A stretch of 64,000 nucleotides of DNA. Origin: Nitrospinota bacterium (GTDB lineage Bacteria > Nitrospinota_A > UBA7883 > JACRLM01). The notes under the pieces were generated by a model. It did not search any database and had not been told where the DNA came from. It saw only the letters and a program-made list of their open reading frames with translations. The DNA lies in assembly GCA_016235255.1 (NCBI GenBank), contig JACRLM010000066.1, positions 4,179 through 68,178 of the forward strand, given 5' to 3'. Shown here piece after piece: positions 53,484-62,600 of the stretch. Position numbers and translations under genes: made by a program. How positions within the stretch are numbered: the stretch's first letter is position 1; each line of letters begins with the position of its first letter.

Positions 53484-56400
53484 ATGGCCATAGAGAAGAG
53501 CAACATAAAGAACATTTATCCATTGACCCCCACGCAGGAGGGGATGCTTTTCCATGCGCTCATGGAAACGTCGCCGGAGGCGTATTTCAACCAGATCATA
53601 TATACGCTGCGCGGTGATCTGGACGCCGACGCGTTCGAGAAAAGCTGGAACGAGATAATAAAGCGCCACGACACCCTGCGGACCCTGTTCACATACAGGA
53701 ACACCGACAGGCCCCTGCAGGTGGTGCTGCGGGAACGGCCCTTGCGCGCCTCCATCCACGATCTTATCGGCCTGCCACAGGCGCAAAAGGAGCTTGCGGC
53801 GGAGGAGATACGCCGCGCGGACCTTGCAAAGCCTTTCGACCTGGAACAGGACATCCTGATGCGGCTATATGTGATCCGTCTGGAGGACAATCTGTGGAAG
53901 GTGATATGGAGCCATCATCACATTCTCATGGACGGATGGTCGGTGGGCAATGTGATGAAAGAGCTTATGGCGGTGTACCTTGCCATGAAAAAAGGGACAA
54001 GGCCGGCCCTCGCCCCGCCGCCTCCATACGCTGAATACATAAAGTGGCTCGAAAAGCTGGACAAGTCCGCCTCGGGGGACTACTGGAAGCGTTACCTTGC
54101 CGGTTATGAAAAGCCGGTGACTTTCCCACGCTTGAAACGTCCATCTGGCAAACGGGAGATAAAGGACTTCAGATTCTCGTTTGATGAAACGTTGACCTCC
54201 CAGGTGGAGCGCTTCACCCGGGAGCGCGGCGTCACGCTGGGGGCTGTCACGCAGGGGGCGTGGGGCGCCCTTATGGCAAGGTATAACGGGGTGGACGACG
54301 TGGTGTCCGCTTCCGTCGTCTCCGGAAGGCCGCCGGAACTTGAGGGGGTGGAGTCCTATGTGGGGCTTTTCATAAACGCAATACCTGTCCGCTCCCGGAT
54401 CGGGGCCTCCACATCCTTCGCCGGGTTGACGGAGAGCCTTATGCGGGACGCGGCCGATGGCGCGGCCCACCACTATTATCCGCTGGGTAAAATACAGACG
54501 GCCCATCCTCTCGGGCGCAATCTTCTGGACCATGTGACGGCCCTGGAAAACTATCCTGTCCAGGAGCGGCTAAACGATCCGGCGCTGTATGAAGACCTCG
54601 GGTTTGCCCCAGTTAGCTTTGAATGGACCGAGCGCACCAACTACGACTACGATTTTATGGCCATCCCCGGCAAGCGGCTGGACTTCCATGTGACGTACGA
54701 CTCGAACATGTTCGATGCAGGGCAGATGGAGGCGATGGCGGGGCATCTTGAGAACATCGTCCGTTCGGCCGCCGCCGACCCCCTCGCGCCGCTGAATAAA
54801 ATGGACATCCTTGCCCCGGCAGAGAGAGAACGGATACTGTTCGAGTTTGGCGGGCCCGCCTCCATAAATCCACCGGATGGGACCGTCTTGAACCTTATCG
54901 AAGAGAACGCCCGTAAAACTCCCGATGCGGCAGCGCTGGTGTGCGCCGGACGGCGGCTTACCTATTCGCAATTGAACCAACGCGCCAACCGGATCGCCGG
55001 AAGGCTTATAAAAGCTTACGGTGTGCGCCCCGGGGACATTGTGGGTGTGATGATGGAAAAGAGCGAGCGGGCGGTGGTTGCCATCCTCGCCATCTTAAAG
55101 GCGGGCGCGGCGTACCTGCCTTTGGACCCGGAGCATCCGGAGAAAAGGACAGCCGGCATACTGGCGCAGGCAGGCGCGAAAATGCTTATCACCGAACAGC
55201 GCGTGGCCGAAGGGATGGAGTTTGACGGCATCCTGGACTTCATCATGCCGCAAACCGGGATCGTGACCACCCCCCCCCGCTCCAGCATACAGGAGCTGGA
55301 CTCGCTCCCCTACGCGGACAGGTCGGTGATCAATTACGAGAAATACCACAACTTCATCGGCCAGTCCGTGGCAAAGCGCGCTATGGCCATCCAGTCCACC
55401 CGGGGATGCCCATACCTTTGCGCCTACTGCCACAAAGTGTGGCCGAAAAAGCACAAGCGCCGCTCCGCCGAAAACCTTTTCGGCGAGGTGAAAAAACTGC
55501 ATGACTGCGGTGTGCGCAGGTTCGTGTTCATAGACGATATTTTCAACATGGACCGCGCCAACAGCGCAAGGTTCTTCGAGATGGTGATCCGCGCCCGGCT
55601 GGACATACAGATATTCTTCAGCAACGGGCTGCGGGGGGACACGCTGACCCCGGACTACATAGACCTTATGGTGGAGGCTGGGACGAAGAGCATGGCCCTG
55701 GCGCTGGAGACCGCGTCGCCACGCCTGCAGAAACTGATGAAGAAAAACCTGCGCCTCGAGCGGTTCAAGGAAAACCTGGACTATATCGCCGCCCGCCACC
55801 CGCAGGTGATCCTGGAGCTTTTCACCATGCACGGCTTCCCCACGGAGACGGAGGAAGAGGCCATGATGACGCTGGATTTCATCCGCGGGATAAAGTGGAT
55901 ACATTTTCCCTATGTGTTCATCCTCCGCATTTTCCCGGACACGGACATGGCAAGGCTGGCGATGGACAACGGCGTGAGCGCGGAAGCGATAAAAGCTTCC
56001 GCCACGCTGGGCTACCACGAGCTGCCGTCAATACTGCCATTCCCGGCCAGCTTTTCAAAACGATATCAGATGACGTTCCTGAACGAGTACTTCCTCTCGC
56101 GCGAGCGGCTGATTTCCGTGCTGCCGCGCCAGATGGCGCTTTTGAGCGAGGACGAGCTTGTCCAGAAATACAACAGCTATCTGCCAAAAGACATCCGGTC
56201 GTTCGGCGATTTTCTGGAGCTTGCGGGGCTTTCAATGGAAGACCTGCGGGGGGCGGCCTTCGCGGAGGACGGCGCAAAGCAGTCCGCCGGGCTCAACAGC
56301 AGGCTCGCCGCCGCGTTCCCCTCGCCTAACCCTGAGAAAGGGGCGCTCCGCGTCCTGCTGCTCGACCTTTCGCAGAATTTTACGAAGGACAAAACCCTCC

Positions 56401-59400
56401 TGTACGATGTGATGGAGCCGCCGCTTGGGCTTGCGCTGCTGGCCACAAGGCTGAAAAACGAGTTCGGCCCCAAAGTGGAGGTGAAGATAGCCAAGGCCCG
56501 CGCCGATTTCGACAGTTTTGAAGAATTGCGCGCGCTGATGGACGACTTCCGGCCGGACCTGACCGGGGTGCGCTCATTGACCTATTACAGGAGCTTTTTC
56601 CACAAGACGGTGTTCCTTGTCCGTCAATGGGGATATGAAGGCGCCATCATCGCCGGCGGCCCCCATGCGACCAGCGCAACGGCGGACACATTGCGAAATC
56701 CCGGCGTGGCCTTCGCCGCCCTGGGGGAAGGGGAGGAGACGCTGGCGGAGCTTGTGCGTGAAACGATCAATAACAAAGGGCGGCTTCCCGGCAGGGACGT
56801 ATTGGGCCGCGTGGCAGGCGCCGCCATGGCGCGTGATGCGCGGAACGGCGCTGAATATCCTCGAGCCGCGCTTTTTGAAAAGCTGGAAAGGGACTCAGCC
56901 GCGCTCTCCGCCGAAGACATAAACGAGGCGAAAAGCGACGGCCTTGCGTATGTGATCTTTACCTCCGGCTCCACTGGGGAGCCCAAGGGGGTGATGGTGG
57001 AGCACAGGCAACTATGCAACCTGGTCACATGGATCGGCAGTGACATGTATTCAACGCTTCCCAAGCCTGTCAACGAAGCCATGCTTCCGTCGCTTGTGTT
57101 CGACGTGTCGGCCCAGCAGATTTTCGGAGCGCTCTCCACCGGGAACACTCTGCATGTAATAGAGGACGACGTGCGGCTCGACCCTCAAATGTTGCTCGAT
57201 TATCTTCGCGAGAACGAAATCCATGTCGTCAACTTCACTCCGACGCTGTTGCGGCGCGCTCTATCGTCCGCCGGATCGCGGAATCCGGGCTGGGCGCTAA
57301 GGCACGTGATCGTGGGGGCGGAGCCTTTGTGGATGGAGGACGTGGAATCGTTTTACTCCACGCCGGCCAACCGGGGGATCGTCATGCGCAACATGTACGG
57401 CCCAACCGAATGCTGCGTGGACGCCACCAGTTTCGTATTCGGCTTTTCAGCGCCGTTAGAGTGGAATAGCGTGCCCATAGGCAGGCCCATAGGTAACGCC
57501 CGGGCGCTGATTCTCGACGGCGCCGGGCTGCCGGTCCCCGCCGGGGTGGAAGGGGAGCTTTATGTGTCCGGCGCGGGGGTGGCCAGGGGATATGTTAAAG
57601 ATGACGGCGGCGGAAGGTTCATGGCCGATCCGTTCGCGCCGGGCTTGCGCATGTACCGTACCGGCGACATGGCGCGATGGCTGCCGGGCGGGAACATAGA
57701 ATTTCTGGGCCGGATGGACAACCAGGTGAAGGTTCGCGGCCACAGGATAGAACTGGGCGAGATAGAGAACAGGCTGCGATCCCATCCAAGGGTGTCCGGG
57801 GCGGCGGCGATCTTGCGCAAGACGGACGAGGGCGAAAGCGAGCTTGTGGCGTATGTGGCCTCCGGCGACGGGCTGGACGCCGAAGGGCTCCGGGAATATA
57901 TGGGCGGCCACCTGCCCGATTACATGATCCCATCCCATATAGCGCTGGTGGACAAAATCCCGGTGACACCGGGGGGGAAAGTGGACCTGCGCGCGTTGGA
58001 TTCCACAGCGGCGCAAGCGGCCCCCACGAATGGCGAGGATAGCGCCGCCCCCCGGTCGGAGATGGAAAAGACGGTGGCGGCCATATTCGCCAATACCCTC
58101 GGCCAGCCTTCCATGGGGATACATGACAATTATTTTTCGATGGGGGGCGATTCGATTAAGGCCATTCAGATACTGTCGCGGCTGCGGCAGAAAAACCTGA
58201 ACCTCAAGCTTGCCGACCTTTTTTCGAATCCCACCATAGCCGGAGTGGCGCCTTATGTGGTGAGGCTGGACCGCACCGCGCAACAAGGGCTCATCACCGG
58301 GCCGGTCCCGCTCACCCCGATCCAGCGCGCCTTCTTTGAAAGGGACGCCGCGGCGCCTGACCATTTCAACCATTCCATAGCGCTGCGGGCAAAAAAGCCG
58401 CTGGATCCGGCGATCCTGGAAAAAGCCCTTTCGGCCGTGTGGGAGTGGCATGACGCGCTGCGCATGAGGTACAGGCGCGATGGGGAAGAGGTCGTCCAGG
58501 AATGCGCTGGGCTTGAGAACAGGCTGGATTTCTCATTCAAAGACCTGTCCACGTCCCCGGACGGCGACACGGAGGCCATGCGCGCGATGGGCGAGGCGCA
58601 ACAGCGGTTCGACCTGGCCACGGGGCCGCTGGCCAGGTTCATCCTGTTCCGGCTTGCCGGCGGCGAGACGCTTTTCATCACCGTCCACCACCTTATCATT
58701 GACATGGTCTCGTGGAGATTGTTGCTTGAGGACATTTCCACGGCCTACGAGCAAGCGGCGCGGGGCGGCCAGGCGCGCCTGCCGGCCAAGACCGATTCGT
58801 TCCGACAATGGGGCGAGGCCCTTTTGGAATTCGCAAAAAGCCCAAAACTTCTTGCCGAACTTGAAACATGGGCACAGATCGAAAACAGCGAATACGCCGA
58901 GCCCGTTCCGGACTTCCCGGGAGGCGGCAACACCTTCGCCAGCGAACATATTGAAAGTTTCACCCTGCAGGCGCAGATGGGGGAGAAACTGACCGGGGAG
59001 GCCAACAGGGCATATAACACCACGCCCGACGAGCTTGTGCTGGCAGCCCTTGGCCAGGCTTTGGAAAAATGGGGGATGAAAGGCGCCACGTTGATCGATC
59101 TGGAGGGGCACGGCAGGGAGGAGATCTCGCCGGGGCTGGACATAAGCCGTACCGTCGGCTGGTTCACCTCCACGCACCCTTTCACGCTGGGCCTTGACGG
59201 CGCTCCGATGGACGCGCGCATAAAGAGAGTGAAGGAAGCCAGGCGGAAGGTTCCACACAAGGGAATAGGCCACGGGATATTGGGCAGGATCACACCCCGC
59301 GAATTGCTGAGGGGAGCCAGATTCACCCAAAAGCCGGGAATAAGTTTCAATTACCTGGGCTTTATTGGCGGATCGGCCATGGGGCCGCTGTTCGAGCCGT

Positions 59401-59684
59401 CGCCGCTTGCGTCCGGCCGGGATGTAAGCCCGCTCAATCAAAGGGTGGCGGGTCTGGACATAAGCTGCGCGGCGTGGACGGGGGGCTTCACTTTGTCCAT
59501 CCGCTACAGCGGCGAGCAATACCGAAGTGATAATATCAAGCGCCTGCTCGGCCAGATAGAAGAAGGAATCGCCGCGGCCCTTTCCCTCTGCCTTAAAATG
59601 GAGGCCACGGAGCCCACCCCGTCGGACATGACGTACAAGGGGCTTAGCCTTCAGGAGTTCGAGGAGATATTCGCCGATGATTAG
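53484..59684 (+). CDS. NRPS module with an interrupted adenylation domain: C(DCL-type)-A[N-part]-radical SAM-B12-binding-A[C-part]-PCP-E
   Basis: C: IYPLTPTQEGMLFH, HHHILMDGWS. A1: LTYSQLNQRANRIAG. A2: LKAGAAYLPLDP (55095..55130). Insert: STRGCPYLCAYCH, FVFIDDIF, then VLLLDLSQ...PPLGLALLATRL...IIAGGPHATS...GEGEETLAELV. A3: LAYVIFTSGSTGEPKG (56943..56990). A4-A10: FDVSAQQ, NMYGPTECCVDAT, YRTGDMARW, GRMDNQVKVRGHRIELGEIE, GGKVD. PCP: MGGDSIKAI (Ser 58152). E: VHHLIIDMVSW. The reading frame is uninterrupted throughout. Confidence 0.9.
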   Translation: MAIEKSNIKNIYPLTPTQEGMLFHALMETSPEAYFNQIIYTLRGDLDADAFEKSWNEIIKRHDTLRTLFTYRNTDRPLQVVLRERPLRASIHDLIGLPQAQKELAAEEIRRADLAKPFDLEQDILMRLYVIRLEDNLWKVIWSHHHILMDGWSVGNVMKELMAVYLAMKKGTRPALAPPPPYAEYIKWLEKLDKSASGDYWKRYLAGYEKPVTFPRLKRPSGKREIKDFRFSFDETLTSQVERFTRERGVTLGAVTQGAWGALMARYNGVDDVVSASVVSGRPPELEGVESYVGLFINAIPVRSRIGASTSFAGLTESLMRDAADGAAHHYYPLGKIQTAHPLGRNLLDHVTALENYPVQERLNDPALYEDLGFAPVSFEWTERTNYDYDFMAIPGKRLDFHVTYDSNMFDAGQMEAMAGHLENIVRSAAADPLAPLNKMDILAPAERERILFEFGGPASINPPDGTVLNLIEENARKTPDAAALVCAGRRLTYSQLNQRANRIAGRLIKAYGVRPGDIVGVMMEKSERAVVAILAILKAGAAYLPLDPEHPEKRTAGILAQAGAKMLITEQRVAEGMEFDGILDFIMPQTGIVTTPPRSSIQELDSLPYADRSVINYEKYHNFIGQSVAKRAMAIQSTRGCPYLCAYCHKVWPKKHKRRSAENLFGEVKKLHDCGVRRFVFIDDIFNMDRANSARFFEMVIRARLDIQIFFSNGLRGDTLTPDYIDLMVEAGTKSMALALETASPRLQKLMKKNLRLERFKENLDYIAARHPQVILELFTMHGFPTETEEEAMMTLDFIRGIKWIHFPYVFILRIFPDTDMARLAMDNGVSAEAIKASATLGYHELPSILPFPASFSKRYQMTFLNEYFLSRERLISVLPRQMALLSEDELVQKYNSYLPKDIRSFGDFLELAGLSMEDLRGAAFAEDGAKQSAGLNSRLAAAFPSPNPEKGALRVLLLDLSQNFTKDKTLLYDVMEPPLGLALLATRLKNEFGPKVEVKIAKARADFDSFEELRALMDDFRPDLTGVRSLTYYRSFFHKTVFLVRQWGYEGAIIAGGPHATSATADTLRNPGVAFAALGEGEETLAELVRETINNKGRLPGRDVLGRVAGAAMARDARNGAEYPRAALFEKLERDSAALSAEDINEAKSDGLAYVIFTSGSTGEPKGVMVEHRQLCNLVTWIGSDMYSTLPKPVNEAMLPSLVFDVSAQQIFGALSTGNTLHVIEDDVRLDPQMLLDYLRENEIHVVNFTPTLLRRALSSAGSRNPGWALRHVIVGAEPLWMEDVESFYSTPANRGIVMRNMYGPTECCVDATSFVFGFSAPLEWNSVPIGRPIGNARALILDGAGLPVPAGVEGELYVSGAGVARGYVKDDGGGRFMADPFAPGLRMYRTGDMARWLPGGNIEFLGRMDNQVKVRGHRIELGEIENRLRSHPRVSGAAAILRKTDEGESELVAYVASGDGLDAEGLREYMGGHLPDYMIPSHIALVDKIPVTPGGKVDLRALDSTAAQAAPTNGEDSAAPRSEMEKTVAAIFANTLGQPSMGIHDNYFSMGGDSIKAIQILSRLRQKNLNLKLADLFSNPTIAGVAPYVVRLDRTAQQGLITGPVPLTPIQRAFFERDAAAPDHFNHSIALRAKKPLDPAILEKALSAVWEWHDALRMRYRRDGEEVVQECAGLENRLDFSFKDLSTSPDGDTEAMRAMGEAQQRFDLATGPLARFILFRLAGGETLFITVHHLIIDMVSWRLLLEDISTAYEQAARGGQARLPAKTDSFRQWGEALLEFAKSPKLLAELETWAQIENSEYAEPVPDFPGGGNTFASEHIESFTLQAQMGEKLTGEANRAYNTTPDELVLAALGQALEKWGMKGATLIDLEGHGREEISPGLDISRTVGWFTSTHPFTLGLDGAPMDARIKRVKEARRKVPHKGIGHGILGRITPRELLRGARFTQKPGISFNYLGFIGGSAMGPLFEPSPLASGRDVSPLNQRVAGLDISCAAWTGGFTLSIRYSGEQYRSDNIKRLLGQIEEGIAAALSLCLKMEATEPTPSDMTYKGLSLQEFEEIFADD
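55230..56905 (+). other. Roughly 550-aa insert in the A domain: radical SAM core (about 55300..56330) followed by a cobalamin-binding-type domain (about 56340..56800)
   Basis: The CxxxCxxC Cys codons are at 55407, 55419 and 55428. The upstream LPYADRSVINYEKY and downstream RRFVFIDDIFNMDR and LALETASPRLQKLMKK match class B radical SAM strand patterns. The B12-domain pattern is PPLGLAxLAxxL...(F)RPDLTG(V)...GGPHAT...GEGEET. Boundaries are approximate to about 60 nt. Confidence 0.8.
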
Positions 59685-62600
59685 CAAGGAAAACCTCAAG
59701 GACATGTATCCGCTCTCCCCCATGCAGGAGGGGATGCTTTATCACGCCGTGGCGGACAGGGATTCGCGCGCGTATTTCGAGCAGATATCGTTCCGGATAA
59801 GCGGAGAGCTGGACATCGGAAAATTCATGGAGGCGTGGACGGAGATATTCCGCCGCCACGATATCCTGCGCACGGCGTTCCTGCTGGAAAAGGCCAGCAG
59901 GCCGCTCCAGATAGTGCTCAAGGAGCGCAAACCCGGCTTTAGCGTGGATGACATAAGCGCCGAGCCCGAGGAGGAAAAGGAAAGGACCGTCATCCGGTTC
60001 CGGGAAGAAGATAAACAGCGCGGATTTGATCTGGCGCGCGATCCGCTGATGAGGTTTCGCGTAATAGTCCTGGGCGGGGGCCGGTTCGAGGTCATATGGA
60101 GCTTAAGCCACATCGTCATGGACGGATGGGGCATATCGCTGGCGCATACGGAATTTTTTGAGATATACACCGCTTTGAAGGAGGGACGCGCCCATACACT
60201 TCCTCCGGCGCCTCCTTATTCGCGCTTTATCCAGTGGCTGGAGGAGCGGGACAAAAGAGCATCGTTGGACTATTGGGAGAAATACCTGGCGGACTATCAG
60301 ACGGCCGTATCAATCCCGAAACTTCCGGGCGCGCCCAACGGGAAAGAGTTTGCGGTGGCGATACACTCTTCCACCCTCGGAGCGGAGCGGGTGCGCAAGG
60401 TCGAGCAGCTTGCCGCGGCGCATGCCGTCACGCCGAACATGGTTTTCCAGGCGGCGTTATCGGTGGCGCTTTGCATGTACAACGGGGTGGACGACGCCGT
60501 TTTCGGATCAGTGGTGTCCGGCAGGCCGCCGGAGCTTCCCGGCGCGGAAAAGACCCTCGGACTTTTCATAAACACCATCCCGGTGCGGGGGAGTGTGGAC
60601 TGGGACAGCGGGTTGGACGTGCTTTTAAAGCGCCTGATGAAAAGCGGCGTGGAGAGCGCCCCGCATCATCACAGTTTCCTGGGGGAGGTGATCGGCCGCT
60701 CCACCCCCGGGCGGGACCTGATCAGTGCCCTGCTTATTTTTGAGAACTATCCGTTGGACGCCTTGACCATGCTCCCGTCCACCGGATTTGATATCATCCG
60801 GACCAAACGCTTTGAAATGACCACGTCGGATTTTAACGTTGTGGTAATTCCGGGCGGTGACATGCGGGTGGATTATCACTACAACCAGAACGTCCACAGC
60901 GCGGCCCAGGTGGAGCGGACGGCGTCGCATCTGGTGAAAATCCTCGATTTTGCGATAGAAGGGGCTTCTCGGCCTCTTTCCATGCTCAAGGTCATGGACG
61001 ATGAGGAGATGAACGCCGTGACTATCGGATTCCAGGGGAAGTCCGCCGCGATCCCGGAAGGCAAGACAGTGGACGCCATGTTCACGGACTCGGCTTTAAA
61101 GCACGGGGACAGGATCGCGGCGATGGATGGCGCTGGCGAGGTGACATATCAAAGGCTCGACCGCATGGCCAACGGCGTGGCGCGGGCGCTCATTGAAAAA
61201 GCTTCGGTGGGCAAGGGGGACGTGGTGGCGGCGGTGGTGCACAGGTCGCGCTGGCTTGCCGCTTCGTTCATGGGCATATTGAAGGCCGGCGGGTTGTACC
61301 TTCCTTGCGATCCTGATCTGCCCGCCGAAAGGATACGATTCATGATGCGCGATTCAGCCTGCAAGGCTGTGATCGTGGATGACGCAGGCGTCGCCGCGCA
61401 ACTGGCCGATGGCGGCGTTCCGGTCATAATGACGGACGACATAAAAGAAAGCCCGGCCCAATCCGCCGCCGCCGCCGATCCGGAAGAGCCGGCCTATCTT
61501 ATATACACATCCGGTTCCACTGGTGTCCCCAAAGGTGCGCTCATCAGCCACCGGGCCGCCATCAACCTGAGCATGTGGCACAACCGGTTCTACAAAGTGG
61601 ACGAAAACAGCAGGGGCACGTTGCACGCCTCACCTTCGTTCGACGCCTCCGTATGGGAGACGTTGCCGTACCTGTTCGCAGGCGCCAGCCTTTGCGCCGT
61701 GGAAGGGGAGACGCGCACCGATATGGCTAAACTGGCCTCATTTTATCAGGACAAACGTATCACGCACAGCTTTCTGCCCCCAGCCCTGCTCACGCAGTTT
61801 CTGGAGGAGAACGGCGGCTCCCTCGCGGGCAAAATAACGATAGTCACCGGAGGCGAGACGCTAAAGCGCGCGGGCGACGGTTCCGTCCTGGTGGCGAACA
61901 ATTATGGGCCGACCGAATGCGCCGTGGCGGCCACCGCCGTTTGCCTGGACGAGCCGCGCCTTCGCGAATGCATCCCAATCGGCCGCCCGATAGACAACGT
62001 GAAAGTTTATATTCTGGACAGCCGCATGCGACCCGTTCCCATCGGCGCCATCGGCGAGATTTATATAGGCGGCGCCGGAGTGGGGAATGGATACGTAAAC
62101 CGGCCCGAGCTCACGGCGGCGGCGTTTGCGCCAGGCCCTTTTGAAAACGGCGCGAAACTTTACAGGACGGGGGACATGGCCCGGTGGCGCGACGACGGGC
62201 TTATTGATTTTACCGGCAGGCGGGACGGCCAGGTGAAAATACGCGGTAACAGGGTTGAGACAGGCGAGATTGAAAAGCTTCTTGAGGGGCACGCGACGGT
62301 CACCTCGGCGGCGGTGGTGGCCAGGGACGATGGCGCGGGGTCGAAGGAACTGGCGGCGTTCTATGTTTCCGGCAAAGAGGAGGATGTGGCGGACCTGCGG
62401 GCGCATCTTGCGTCCAGAGTCCCGGAATACATGATTCCTTCCATGTTCATCAGGATGGAAAAGCTGCCGCTGGCATCCAGTGGAAAAGTGGACCGGAGCG
62501 CCCTGGAGGCCGCCGCCATTGCCGCCGCGCGTCCTCAAAAACAGGGAGGGGCCCCCAGAAATCCCGCGGAAACACGGATGCTGGAAATCTGGGCGGGGGT

